This document shows positions 1 through 12,381 of a DNA stretch of 64,000 nt, piece after piece (the stretch's first letter is position 1; the number at the start of each line of letters is the position of its first letter). Made by a program: the position numbers and the translations under genes. This stretch comes from Scenedesmus sp. PABB004 (taxonomy: Eukaryota). The notes beneath the pieces are model-generated. The model was not told the DNA's origin and made no database searches. It worked only from the letters and a program-made list of their open reading frames with translations. The stretch covers positions 744,001 to 808,000 of the forward strand of contig JABVCE010000007.1 in the NCBI GenBank assembly GCA_014905635.1, read 5' to 3'.

Positions 1-3000
1 GATCACCGCGCTCGCCGAGCGCGGCAGCGCCGCGCGGTCGCGGCTGCCCGCGCCGCTGCCGGCGCACCGCCTGCTGCTGGCGACGCACACGCGGCTTGCC
101 TGGTACGTGCCGTCCACCGGCGAGCTGCGGGTGCTGCACGAGGGGCAGGTGCGCGCGCGCCGAGCGCGGCCGGACGCGCGCCAGCGCACGCGCGAGTTCG
201 CACGTGCGCCGCGCCGGCGCCCACCCGGCAGGGCGTGCACTACGGCATGTTCCCCGGCGAGCCGGCGCCCGGGCACGCCTCCACGGTCTGGGTCGCCGTC
301 CGGCCGCACAACTGGCGCCCCCGCGCGGCGGCGGAGCACCTGCTGCTGCTCGACGCCGCCACGGGCGAGGAGCTGTGCCGCGTGCGCGTGCCCGCGCGCT
401 TCACGCACGACGCGGTGCGCGTCGGTGACCACGCCTTTGTCGTCTCCACCGGCGACGGCGCGATCCTGCAGCTCAGCTGGCCAGACCTGCGCCTGGTGCG
501 CGCACGCGCCGCCGAGGCTCCCCGGGCAGCGCTGCTCGGCGGCAACGCAGTGCACCACCGCTCAGGGCACCGCCGCCGCCGCCGCCGCGCCAGGTGCGCG
601 CGGTGCGGCTGTTCAGCGCGAGCGACCACCCCAACACCCTCGCCGCCGCGCCGCCGGAGCGGGCGCCCGGTGCCAACGGCACCGCCGCGCCGGCCGGCAC
701 GCACCTCTGGGTGCTGCTGCACAACCTGGGCGCGGTGCGCGGCCGGGCCGGGGCTTGCCAACCGTGCGTTGGCCGCCGAACGCCGACCGTTGACTGCCTG
801 CCTGCTTGCGGGCGCGCGCAGAGCGACGTGGTCAAGGTCTTCGTCCCCACCGACCCTGGCGCGTCGGCGCGCGAGGTCTCGCGCCTGCGCGCCGTGGGCA
901 CCAAGGCGCACGGCCTCGTCTCCTGGTCCCGCCGCGGCGGCGGGCCGCTGCTGCTCCTGCTGGACAGCGCCGGCGGCGCCCTGGTCAGCCTCGACCCCGC
1001 GACCGGCGACGAGGTGGAGCTGTGGCGGGTGCGCGCGCCGGCCCGCCGCCGCGCCGCCGCGCACCTGCTTCCACCACCGGCGGGGGCACCCACGCGCCGC
1101 GCCTGGCACGCCGCCGCTGGTGGCTGCCGCTGGGGCAGGTGCCCGAGGGCGAGGACCGCTTCCTGAAGGGGCTGGCCGTGCTGGACGACGTGGCCTACTT
1201 TGGCGTCACGACCTGGAGCCACAGGCGCGCGCACAGCGGGCGCAGCAGCTGCGGGAGGCCCTGACAGGGCCGCCCGTCGTGCGCCGCCCGCCCACGGCCA
1301 GCTGTGCGCGCGCGGCGCGGCGCGGCAGGTCGGCGCGCGACGACCCCGCTGCGCACGGCGAGCTGGCCGCGTTTGACCTGTCCGCCGGCAAGCTCCTCTG
1401 GCGCCGCAAGGTGCGCGCGGGCCGGCGGCTGACTGGCCGGCCTGGAGCTGGGCGGGCAGCACAGCACAGCAGGCCCGCTGCCGCGCCGGCCCGCGCAGGT
1501 GGCCACGGCGGGGCTGCTGAACATCATCGGCGCGCCCCACCTCGCGCCCGACAGCACGCACGTCGCGACGTACAGCGGCGCCCCGCTTCCCCCGCCGCGC
1601 GGCGCGGGGCCGTCGCTCGTGCTGCCCGGCTCGCGCGCGCTCGTGGCGAGCGTCGTCGCGGGGCTGGCTGCGGCGGGGCACGCGCCGCGCGCGCTCGGGC
1701 CCAACAGCTACTGGAGCAGCGGCTGGCCGCGCCTGGACATCGCGGCCAAGCTCACCGACGCCCCCGAGGCGGCGGGGCTGCAGCTGCCGCTGTTCGCCGC
1801 CAACGTCGGCGCCCTGCGCGCCGCGCTGGCCGCGCTGCCGCCGGGCGCGTGGGGCGCGGCGGAGCAGGCGGCCAGCAACGCGCGCATGACCGGGCGCGCC
1901 GCGTTTATGGACCGGTTCAAGCCAGGCGCGTGGGTCGCGGCCTGCACCCCCGCGGCGCAGGGCTCCTCCGCGCCGCGGCGCCCCGGCCCGCGCCGCCGCG
2001 CCGACCCCGGCCGCCGCCCGCGCCGCCGCCGCGCGCGCTGCTGCCAGGCGTGGAGGGCATCGTGCTGCTGTTCAGCGACAGCGAGGGTGAGGTGGTGTAC
2101 TCGTTTCCCTACTACGACCGCCTCGCGGAGCACCTCGAGCCGCTGCTGCTCGAGGCGCGCGGCGCGGCGCGGCGCAGCCCCCGCCCACGCCGCCGCGACG
2201 GGCTCGCGCCGAGGCCAGCCGCGGCCGCCGCCGCACGCGCAGATCCTGGGGCCGGCCGACGCGCGCAACGTGGTGCGCCTGCAGCTCGCGCGCATGGCGC
2301 CGGGGCTGGCCGACATCCGGCTGCACGTCGACTCGGGCGGCTACGCGACGCGCGGGCACCGCATCCACGTCCCGCTCGAGACCAACCCCAGCGTCGCGTT
2401 TGACCTCTGCCCCGCCGGCCCGCCGGCCGCGCCGCGCGGCGCCACCAACGCCAGCGCCGGCGCGGCCGCGCGCGCGGCGAGGGGCGCGGAGCGGCCCGGG
2501 CTCGAGGGCTGCGTGCGGCTCGCGGTGCCGCAGGGCCTCGCGTTCGAACTGAATAACCGCGTGCCGCACCGCGTTGCCAACCCGGGCCCCGGGAACCGCG
2601 TGCACCTGGTGCTGGACGTCTTCGAGGCCCCTCGGACGCGCACGCGGCTGCCGCCGGGCGCGAGCTGCGGGTACGGCGCGCGCCTGAACGCGACCGAGCA
2701 GCTCGCGCGCCTGCACGCGCGCGCGGCGGCCGGCGCGGGCGAGGCGGAGCTGGCCGGCGAGGTGCAGGCGCTGCTCGCGTCGCCGGGCATGCTGTGCGCG
2801 ACGCGCGACGGCGCGCGCGTCGTGCCGGCGCCGCCCGCTTCCGCGGCGGCCGCGGCGGCGCAGGCGGCCCAGCAGGAGGCGCTCATGGCCGCGCTCATGG
2901 CCTCGCTGCCGCCCGAGGCGCGCGCGCGCGTGGCGCGCGAGGTGCGGGAGCAGCCCGACCTGGAGGCGCTGCGCGGCAGAGTGGCGCTGGCGGAGAGGGA

Positions 3001-3193
3001 GCAGGCGGCGGCCGACGTGGCGGCTGACGCGGCAGCGCAGGCGCCCCCGCGGCCAGCGCGCAGCGCTGGCAGCAGTGGTGCTGGCCAGCCGCCGCGCGCG
3101 CACGGCGCCCAGCTCGAGGGCGCAGGCGGGCCTGCGCCGGGCGGGCTGGCGGGCGCGGCGGAGGCCGTCGTGGGCGAGCTGCTGACCCGATGA
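1..3193 (+). CDS. Multi-exon gene, 5' end outside window: beta-propeller-like region fused to an Asp/Asn beta-hydroxylase-like 2OG-Fe(II) dioxygenase domain
   Basis: Spliced exons give propeller-like strands (HLLLLDAATGEEL, LLLLDSAGGALVSLDPATG, FLKGLAVLDDVAYFG, ELAAFDLSAGKLLWRRK). These are followed by LQLARMAPG..IRLHVDSGGYATRGHRIHVPLETNP..AFELNNRVPHRVANPGPGNRVHLVLDVFE, the HxD...H pattern of the Asp_Arg_Hydrox family. Stop TGA 3191-3193. Confidence 0.75.
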
Positions 3194-3774
3194 GCGGGGG
3201 CCGGCCCCCGCGCTGGTTGGGGGACCAGACCGCGGCGGCGGCGGCGGCGTGTGTTTGGGGGGAAAGCAAAGGTAAATCTGGGAAGCTCCCGGTCGGCCGC
3301 GGGCGCGTGCGTGCCGCGCCAGTTACTCTGGGAGCGTGCATGGGCGGAGCTTGCGCCCGCATTGCGCGGCCGTGCATGACCTGAACTGCCAACTCGTGTT
3401 GCAGTGAAACGCCGCGCCACCTGGGGTTCTGATGCTAGTGAGCCACGCGCGCAGTGCGCTGCCAGCCGAGGCGCCACAGGAGCCCGCAGTGCACACCAGC
3501 CGCACCAAACAGTGTTGTGAAAGCCGCGCGGAGGTTGCAGCCCCAAGCCAAGGGTTCACGCGCGACCGAGGTTGGTTGTGCGCCCACCGTGGGCAAGTGC
3601 TCAGGCCGCCAATGTTCCTTGCCCCCGCCTTCGTTGGTTCAAAACGCCGCCCGCCATCGCTGCCGTTTGCTCACTTGAACGGCGGCGGCGTGCAACCTTG
3701 CACCGGGTGTCTTGTGGGGGCTTGACACGAGCTCGCGCGGCCGCTCCCGCGCTGCAGACTGACTGCCGGGCCGC

Positions 3775-6077
3775 TCAGTAGTTGGTGAACAGCAGGAGGT
3801 TGGGGGAGCCAGCGCCGGCATTGGTGACCACGCCGGGCGTGGCAGGCGCTGCCATCAGGGCAGCGCGCACGTCTGCAGGGGTGGCGGACGGGTTGCGCGC
3901 CAGGTACAGGGCCGCCACGCCTGCAGAGGCAGCACGGCAGCGGCGGCCGCGTGAGCGGACGAGCGCGCGCTGCCGCGGCGGCGAGGGCCGCCTGCGCGCC
4001 GCTGGGCTCGCTGCTGCTGCTGCTGCTGCTGCTGCTTCTCCTGCTGCGTCGAGCGCACCCGCGACGTGGGGCGAGGCCATGGAGGTGCCGCTGATGGTGT
4101 TGGTCGCAGTCGAGCTGCTGTACCAGGCGGAGGTGATGGCGGAGCCAGGCGCAAAGAGGTCGAGACAGGTGCCAACGTTGGAATAGGACGCGCGCGCGTC
4201 GGTGCTGTCGGTCGCACCGACGGTGATCGCGCTAGGCGCTCGCGAGGGGCTGTAGTTGCAGGCGTCCGCGTTGCTGTTGCCGGCGGCCACGGCGACGGTG
4301 CAGTTGCTCTTGACCAGGTTGCTGATGGCGGTGTCGATCGTGCTGCTGGCGCCGCCGCCCAGCGAGAGGTTGGCCACGCAAGCGCCGGTCCTCGTTCGTC
4401 GCGTGACCCAGTCAATCCCACTCGCCACTCCGCTCCACGACCCCGACCCGCCACAGTCTAGGACCCGCACCGGGACCAAAGTCACGCCCTTGGCGACGCC
4501 CCAAGTCGTGCCGCCCACGGTGCCCGCCTGCGGGGAGAGCGGGGGGGGGGGGGGAGCACGGTCAGGGTGGGCCCGCTCAGAGCGCGCGCGCTGTGCACCG
4601 GCGGCGGGGCACGCGGCGCCGCTGCGCTGTGCTGCCAGCGCTCACCACGTGCGTGCCGTGCCTGCGCAGAAGCAGGGGGAAGGGGGGGGGGGCAGATGGC
4701 AGAGCAGCCGTCAGCGGTGGGGCCCGCCGAGCGTGGCCAGGCAGGGCGATGGGCGGATGCTGCAGCTTGCGCGGCCGGCGCGCCCGGCGAGTGCGCACCC
4801 ATTGCAGTCTCCGGTCGTAAGTGGCGGGCATGGCCTGTTCGGCCGGGGCTTGCAAGTGTCCGTGAGTGTCACAACCCCGGGCGCCACGCGGCCAGCAAAC
4901 TCGACGTGACCCGACAGGATGCCTGTGCAGGGGGCGGCGGGTCGGCGGCGCGCCGCCTGCGCGGGCCGCGCGCCAGCGCGCTCGCTTGCCGCCGCTGCGC
5001 CGCTGCGCCGCAGCGCGCACCGGTGTCGATGATGTAAGCAGTCACGCCGGTGCCGTTGCTGGTGTAGGTGAACGTGCCGGTCAAGGGGCGCGTCGCCTGG
5101 TCGATGCGATCGAGGCCCCACGTCGCGCCCGACTGGGTGGTGAGCTGCGTCTGCGCCGCCGTCACGATGCCGTCGACCTCCACGGCCGCGACCGCCGGCG
5201 AGTCGACGAGCTGCTGCACCAGCCGGACCTGGGCGCCGAGGCCGGGGGCTGCGCGGGGCGCGCGGGCGGGGCCGGCCGCCGCGGCTCGCTCTGGGGGGAG
5301 GGCAGCAGGGGCAGGGCTGCAAGCGCCGCGCCGCGCGGCGGCCCGGCGCGCCGCCGGCCGGCGGGGCGCGGGCGCGCGCACCTTGAAGGCCGCGCCGTTG
5401 AGCGCGGCCTCCCACCTCGCCGTGACCGCGGCGCCCGGCTCGGCTGCGATGGCGCTGCAGCCGGGCGGCGGCGGCGGCGCGTGAGCGCGCCGGCGCTGCG
5501 CCAGCGCAGGGCAGGCCTGGCGCCGCCGCGCAGTTTTCGTGCGGCGCTCGCTCACTCGAACGCCGCCTGCTTGGCGACGGCGTCGGCGCCGTCATTGAAG
5601 GTGAAAACAAACGCGTCCTTCACAAAATCGGGCGGCCCGGGCGAGAACTTGCCGCGGTTGGCGCCGCGCAGCACGCGGCCTGGCGGTGGCGGTGGCGGCG
5701 GTGGCGGCGGCGGCGGCGGTGGCGGCGGTGAGGGCCCGGGCGACCCGATCAAGCGGCCTGATCAAGCGATGACGGAGAGGCCGTGCGGTGCTGCTGCTCT
5801 CGCTCTTGCGGTGCTGCTGCTCTCGCTGGTGACATCGCCGGCCCGGCCCGGCCCGGCCCGGCCGGCCTCCCATGGCCCGGACGACACGGGGCGGAGCATT
5901 CGAGCCCTGCTGCGCATGCCACTCACCCAGTGCGCGCGCCTGGGCGGGGTCGCCCCGCTCGAGGCCGGGCGGCGCATCGGGCGCCTGCGGCCCGTCGCGC
6001 ACGACGGCGCACGCCGGACGCAGCGCCGTCAGCAGCACCACCACCACCAGAGGCAGCGCCAGAGACCGGGAGGGCAT
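3775..6077 (-). CDS. Secreted S8 subtilisin, proteinase K/aqualysin-like, multi-exon
   Basis: Signal peptide MPSRSLALPLVVVVLLTALRPACA and a propeptide. Mature region GATWGLDRIDQ. Catalytic Asp (YIIDTG), His (DCNG-HGTHVAG across exons), oxyanion Asn (AAGN), Ser (GTSMASPHVAG). C-terminus GSPNLLLFTNY*. Confidence 0.95.
4010..4036. repeat. (GCT)9 microsatellite in a subtilisin intron
   Basis: Read directly from the sequence. Confidence 0.9.
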
Positions 6078-6360
6078 GGCTGCGGCGGCGGAGCAGCGCG
6101 ATGGCTGGAGATGATTGGCGGTGCACCGGAACACCCGGGCAGAACCTTGCCTCCGGGCCGGAGCGGGCTTTAGATAGGCTGCTGGCGACAGGGGCAGCGC
6201 GTCTGGGCGGCGACAGGGCGAGCGGTGGCTTTCAGAAGCCACCGCCCAACCGCGGTCTTGCGGGCGGCGGCGCGCCCGCAAGCGCCGCCGCGCCAGGCAG
6301 CCGCCCCCCGAGGCAGCCGCCCGAGCCAGCTGCCGGGCCAGCCGCGCCAGCCGACTCACG

Positions 6361-8681
6361 CTAGCGCGCCGCCGGGGCGCCGCCGCTGCGCGGCGGCTCG
6401 CGCGCGTGGCCGGCGAGCGCGCAGCGTATGATCCAGTAGGTGGGGCGCAGCGCCAGCCTGAACACGCGCACCCGCCCCAGGCCCCCCGGCCCGCCGCCAC
6501 CCCCGCCGCCGCCGGCCGGCAGCGCGCGCCCTGCGCGCGGCGCGGCGCGACGGCGTGGGCGCGCGCGCCGCGCCCCCGCGCCGCCTCGCGCCCGCGCCGC
6601 TCCCACCGCCGCGCCGCGCCGCTGCTGCGCCGCCCCCGCCGCTCACGGTGCGCGGCGGCGGGGTCTGCGCCGCCCGCCACGAGTATGAAGACGGGGAACA
6701 GCAGGTTGGCGGCCGCGGCGCCGACGTGGAACGGCAGCGCCGCGGTCGCGGCGACGCAGGGGAAGCCAAAGCCTGCGGGGCGCGCGGGCGGGCGGGCGGG
6801 CGGGCGGGTGGGCGGGTGGGCGGGTGGGCGGGTGGGCGGGTGGGTGGGTGGGTGGGTGGGTGGGTGGGTGGGGGACGGCGCCGCCCCTCGCCGCGCCTCG
6901 GCCAGGGCTCCTCCCCCACCCCACCACCACACACGCCATGCAGCCCCCCCCCCCCCCCGTGCAGACGCACCAGCAAAGAAGGCCCAGTGCTGCTCAAAGT
7001 AGAGCAGCCGCTGCGGCAGCGCCGCGCCCTGCGGCGGCGGCGGCGGCGGCGCGGCGCGCGGCGCACGCGCGGGGCGAGGCGCGGGGGTGAGGCGCCGCGC
7101 CGCGCCGCGCCGCCCCCGCTGCCGCCGCTGCCCGTGCGCGCGGCCGCGGGGGCGGGGGAGCGCGCGCACGCGCACGCTGGCCTGCAGGGCCCCTGTCCCT
7201 GCCCCTGCCCCCCTCCCTCCCCCCCTAAAATTGCACGCGCCGACCTGCAGCCCCCCCCCCCTCAAACCCCGAGTTGCGCGCGCCGACCTGCAGGGCCCAG
7301 TGGTAGTCAAAGCAGTAGAAGGCATACAACCATGACAGCAGCAGCACGTTCAGCACAGGACCTGCGCGCCGGCCGCGCGCCGGGCGCAGCGCCGCGCGGG
7401 CTGGGCGGCGCGGCGCGCGCCCCCGCGGCGGCGCCCGCCTTGGCAAACCCGCGCCTGCGCGCGCGCCGCGCCGCGCCCTGCGCCCTGCGCCGCGCCGCGC
7501 GCCGCGCGCACCGAGCAGCGGCGCGCAGCTGGCGGCGTAGACCTCGGCCGTGAACACGAGGAACAGCAGCGCCCGGAACACCTCCTGCGCGGTGCCCTCC
7601 AGCGCCTGCATCATGCCGCCCCCGCCGCCGCCGCCGCCGCCCGGGGCGGCGCCCGCCGCGGGCGGCGCCGCGCAGGGGCCGCCCGCGAGCGGCGCGGGCT
7701 GTGACAGCGGCGGCGGCGGCAGCTGCTCGCCCTGCTGGCCATGCTGCTGCTGCTGCTGGCCCTGCTGCTGCTTCTGCTGCACCTCAAACGCCGCCACCGC
7801 AATCTCCTGGTACCTGCGCGGCACAGCACACAGCACATGGCAACATGGCACAGCACAGCACGGCGGAGCGGCGTCCAGCCCCCCCCCCCCCCTGCGCGCG
7901 CGCCGCGCGCCGCGCTCCATCGCCAGCCCCCGGGGATGTTCTGCCCGCCAGCCCCGCCCCGCCCGCGCGGGCGCACCAGGTGCAGCTGACGACCAGGCTG
8001 ACCACGTACAGCGGCAGCAGCCACGCGGCCTGGAACAGCAGCCCCAGCAGCCGCGCCGCCGCGTCGGCCGCGGCGCCGCCGTACGCGGGCGCGACGTGCG
8101 CCGCGAGCAGCCAGGCCACGGCGCGGCGCGTGAGGTGGCGGTGCGCTGCGATGCTGCGCGCGGCGACGCGGCGGCGCGCCGCATGAGCAGCAGCGCGCGT
8201 GAGCGGCGGCGCGGGCACTGTGTGCGCTGCGCGTGGCCGGCACCGCCGCCGCCCGCGCAGCTAGCAGCGGCCCGTCGCCGCGCCTGCCGAGGTAGAGCAG
8301 ACCATTGACGAAGAAGCACCGGCCGGTCTGCGCCTGCACGCGCGCGCAGGGGCGGCCGGCTCAGCAGCGGCAAGAGCGGCGGCGGGGCCCCCAGCGCTCG
8401 CGGCGGCAGCAGCAGCGGCACGCGCGCGGCCGCGCACCAGCACCCGGCCGCTGCGGTCGAGCACGCACAGCACGACGCAGCGCTGCAGCTGCAGCGCCTC
8501 CCACACGCCCAGCCGCCTGCGAGCGGGGCACAGCGCGTGGTGGGGCGGCCTCGGCAACCGCCGCCAACCGCCGGCCGCGGCTGCTCGCGCGACGCGCTGC
8601 TGCGCGCCACGCCGCGCCGCACCACAGCGCCGCCGCCAGCCGCGCCTGCTCCCAGGCATGGTGCAGGCGCCGCATCGCCAT
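6361..8681 (-). CDS. EI24: EI24 (etoposide-induced protein 2.4) family membrane protein, multi-exon
   Basis: Exons RCFFVNGLLYLG; WLLPLYVVSLVVSCTW-YQEIA; QEVFRALLFLVF; LLLSWLYAFYCFDYHW; QRLLYFEQHWAFFAG-FGFP; LLFPVFILVA; RVRVFRLA all match hallmark EI24 motifs. Start codon is approximate. Confidence 0.9.
6786..6874. repeat. (GGGC/GGGT)n tetranucleotide tract in an EI24 intron, G-quadruplex-capable
   Basis: About 22 consecutive GGG tracts separated by a single C or T. Confidence 0.9.
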
Positions 8682-9249
8682 CGGACGAGGCCCGGCGGGC
8701 TGCAGCGGCCTCCAGCGCCCCCAGCGGGCGGCGGAGCGTCGTGCCGCTGCTGTGCCGCCGCCGCGGCTGCCGCCGGCTCCGATGCTGCCCCTGCTGCTCG
8801 CGGAAGTCTGCCTCGCGCTTCGCTTCACGCGCTCGAGCGGGCCTGGGGGCCGCAGGGGCGTGAGGAGGCAGGGGCAGGGGCAGCAGCAGCAGCAGCGCGA
8901 GCGGCGGCGGCCACGTGCGCTGGCGCAAGCGTGCGTCTGCGCGTGTGGTGTGCGTGTGGCTGCGCCGGGAGAAGCACTGTGGCGAGCTCTCCGCCCACGA
9001 CGGCCAGCCACGACGGCCAGCGCACGCGGCGTGAGGCTTTCGCGCCTGCCAGGGCACAGGGCACAGGGCGCTGTCAGTGCGGCGCCGGCCGCGCCCGGGG
9101 CGCTGGTCTAGCTCACAATGATACATGAGTTGCACAGGCCGGCAGTCATGCGGTTTCTGGTCAACCTCCGCGCGCCCGCCTGCCCCGGCCAGCCCCCGTG
9201 CCGCCCTCGGCCGTCGACCGCTGCCACCACCCGGCCGACCCACGACCGC

Positions 9250-9706
9250 TCAGCGCAGCAGCACGCACACGCCCCCCTGGCCAGCCCCCCTGGCAGGCGC
9301 CCAGGTCGTTGAGGCAGGACGCGCCGTCCTCCTTGGCCTCGGACACCTCGCACCGGCCGTTGAGGGGGTTGCAGCTCACGCGGTCGGTGCAGGGCCCCGC
9401 CAGGCAATACACGTTCTTGCACATCGCTGCGGCAGGCAGTACAGTGCAGCGGCCGCGGTCAGGCGAGGGCGGGGGCGCAATTGCATGCCCAGCCGCGGCA
9501 GTGCTGGCAGCGCCCCTGGCGCGCTCCACGCCGCTGAGCTGCGCGGCGCGCACCTGTGGTGGAGCAGCGGCCGCCCTTGCAGGTGCCTGCGCCGCAGCGC
9601 GAGCCATCCTTGACGCTCACGGGCGCGGTGCACTGGCCCGTGGCGAGGTCGCAGGTCAAGGTCTTGCACACGGGCGCTGTGCACGCCTGGCCCGCGCACT
9701 TGTCGC
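9250..9706 (-). pseudogene. Two-exon Cys-rich repeat protein fragment, probably disrupted
   Basis: Exon 9706-9554 encodes DKCAGQACTAPVCKTLTCDLATGQCTAPVSVKDGSRCGAGTCKGGRCSTT. Exon from 9426 encodes MCKNVYCLAGPCTDRVSCNPLNGRCEVSEAKEDGASCLNDLGACQGG. The two modules are homologous and joined by a GT-AG intron. A 13-nt duplication near 9271-9283 shifts the frame, and no signal-peptide exon was found. Confidence 0.55.
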
Positions 9707-10432
9707 CTGGGCCGCGCGCTGGCGCCGCGGGTGCGGCGCATGGCGCGGGGCGTCGTGTCATTCGTTGGGGAGCGGGTCCGGGCGCGCAGCTTTGTGGGCG
9801 TGCTGCGCACTGCGGTCGTTTGCAGCTTCGGGCGGGTTTGAGCATCGCCCTGCAACCCGGGAGTCTTGCTTGCTGCGGAGCGCTCCGCGCCGCGCCCAGC
9901 GCAGGGTCAGCTGCGCGGCTGCCGGCGCGGCTGCCGGCAGCCGAGCGCTGCGTCCGGCAGGCGCCGCGCACGCGCTGGCAGACCCCCTGCAGCAGTCCGG
10001 CCCGGCAGCACCAGAGCCCAGCGACAGCCGCCACTGCGCCCGCGGCTCGCCCGCCACTGCCAGGGTCGGCTCCGCTCGCCACTGAGTGGGCACCCAGGTG
10101 GCTGCCGGCCCGCGACCGCGAGTGGGGCGCGTGGCGGCTGGCCCCGCGCTGCACAGCACCACGCGCGTGCAGCTGCTGGCGGCCGGCGCCGGGCGGGCAG
10201 CTAAACGAGGCCCTTGCCAAACCCCGGTGACGCCTGCCAGGATCTTCTGCTCCAGGCCGCTCGGACGCTCTCTCACTGTGCACCGAGGCCCCACGCCCTG
10301 CGCGCTCGGGTGGTCTGCCGTGGGGCCACCTGCGCAGGGCCTGCGGCGCGAGCGCAGCGCCGAGTCGGTCGCGCGCGACCACTGCCCCGCGCGCGGCCCC
10401 GCGGCCAGTGTCGCGTGCTCGCGGAGGTGAGG

Positions 10433-12381
10433 ATGAGCGACGACCTGACCAACCGCGACGTCGTCGGCCTGGGGCGTGGGGTCACCTTCGATGAGCGGGC
10501 CAGCGGCAAGCACTACCGCGCGCGCTTCCACTTCGCGCGCCGCGTCCTGGACCTGGGTCGGTGAGCAGGCTGGCGCGCCCAGCGGCGCGCGCTCGATGGG
10601 GCAGGCCCTCGCACCGTGGGGGAGCCCCGGGGCGCGCCTGTGCAGCCCGCAGCGCAGCGATACGCGCATCCTGGCCGTGCCAGCAGATCCGACCGCTGCT
10701 GGCCGCGCCGCGGCGCGCGAGGAGCGGCGGCGGCCGCCCGAGTGACGCGCTGCGCGCGAACGCGGGCAACGAGCTCGTCGGCCGCCGTACGAGGGCAGTG
10801 CCCGAAGCGCTTTGGCACTGCTCACGCGCCGCCACCGCCGCGCCGCCAACGCCGCGCAGCTACTCGACGCAGCACGAGGCGCGCCTCGCGTACGACCAGG
10901 TCGCGACGGCCATGGCCACGTTCAAGCGCTGCAAGACCAACTACCCGCCGGGGTCTCACGCGCTCGACAACCCTGACGTGGACCAGCGCCTGCGCGCGTT
11001 CCTCGCCCAGCTCTCGGCCACGGCGCTGGTCCGGCCCGCGCCCGCGGGCGCGCCGCGAACGCGCGCGGCGGGGCAGGAGCCGGGGGCGCGGCGCGCCCAG
11101 TCGCCGCAGCCGGCCAGCCTGGCGCAGGGCGCGTGCGCTGCCGGCACCTGCCACAGCGGCACCAGCTCCGGCGACGACGCGGAGGTGGAGGAGGCAATGT
11201 TCCGCGAGCTGCTGGGCATGGTGCCGGCGCTGCTGGACAGCGGCGCTGCCCCGGCGAACCGGGCGCACCCCCTGCTCACAAGCGCCAGCAACGGCAGCAG
11301 CGACCTCCTGCAGCCAGTGCCGGGGCAGTGCGCGGCGGGCGAGTGCGCGCCGTGGGCGGCTGATGCCGCGGATGCCGGTCTGTGGCTGCTGCCGCCACCG
11401 GCGCCTGCAGGCGATGCGGCGCCAGCAGCAGGCGCGCTGGCGGCAGCAGGCAGCGGCGCCTGGCCGGAGGGGGGCCCGCTGTTCGTGGGCCTCACCGCGC
11501 AGGCGCCGCCAGACTGCCGGCCCGTGGACGCCGGGCTCATCGGCGTGGAGGCGAGCGCTCGGCCCCCTGCGTGCAGCCCAACCACCTCGGCAAGCAGCGC
11601 CGGCGCTGTGGACGGCAGCGCCATTGCTGGTGGCAGGGGGCTGGCGAGCGCAGACAAGCTGCCCAGCAACCTGAGCGGCGTCTGCTGGCCCCAGGAGCTG
11701 AGCGGCGGCAAGCGGCCTGCCGGTGCAGTCGAGACGCCCCAGCCTGGCAAGCGCCGCTTGCTGCAGGAGCCGGCAAGCCCGCAGGTGGCGGCAGGCAGCT
11801 CTGGAGAGCGCCGCTTGCCCTGCGGCACGGTCGGCGCCACTGGCGCTGTGCGCGGCGGCGCCGGCGCCTTCCTCGGCCCCGCCGCGCAGCGCGGCAGGGC
11901 GCTCGCGTTCCTGCAGCACTGCATCCAGTCTGCGCTCAGCCTGCACGTGGCGCTGCTGGCAGCAGGGCCGGCAGAGTCGTGCGCCGCGACCGACATGGTG
12001 CGCTGGCTGTCAGCGTTCCGGCAGGGCGGGCCGGCGCCCGCGTGCCTCGACGCACCCACGGCGCCCGCCGCGCACTGGTCGGCGGCGCGGCTGCTGGGCG
12101 AGCTGCTGGTGCTGTTGACGCGGCCGCAGGCCACTACGGCGCCCAGGGCGGGCAGCGGCGGGCCCGGCCGCTTTGCGTGCCGCACGGACGTGCTGCTGGT
12201 GCTGGAGGGCCTCACCTGCGCCCTGACGCAGCTGCACGACGAGCTGGGCCGCAGCGGCGAGCCCGCGCTCGCAGCCGGCGAGCTGGCGGCCTGGTCCGCT
12301 GGCCTGCGGGCGGGGGCCGAGGCAGGCGTGCCTGGGGGCGCGGCCGTGGCGCAGCTGGGCGCGCAGCTGCTGGCCTTGTAG
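10433..12381 (+). CDS. AP2/ERF-domain transcription factor-like protein, 2 exons
   Basis: Exon 1 10433-10560, intron 10561-10859 (GTGAGC..CGCAG). Spliced RGVTFDERASGKHYRARFHFARRVLDLGRYSTQHEARLAYDQVA..KTNY is an AP2 signature. Low-complexity tail; TAG 12379-12381. Confidence 0.8.

Noticed and set aside
5552..5752. Poly-proline extensin-like segment in the subtilisin propeptide
   Set aside because: The Pro-coding tract falls inside an intron (GTGAGT donor ~5926, acceptor ~5680).
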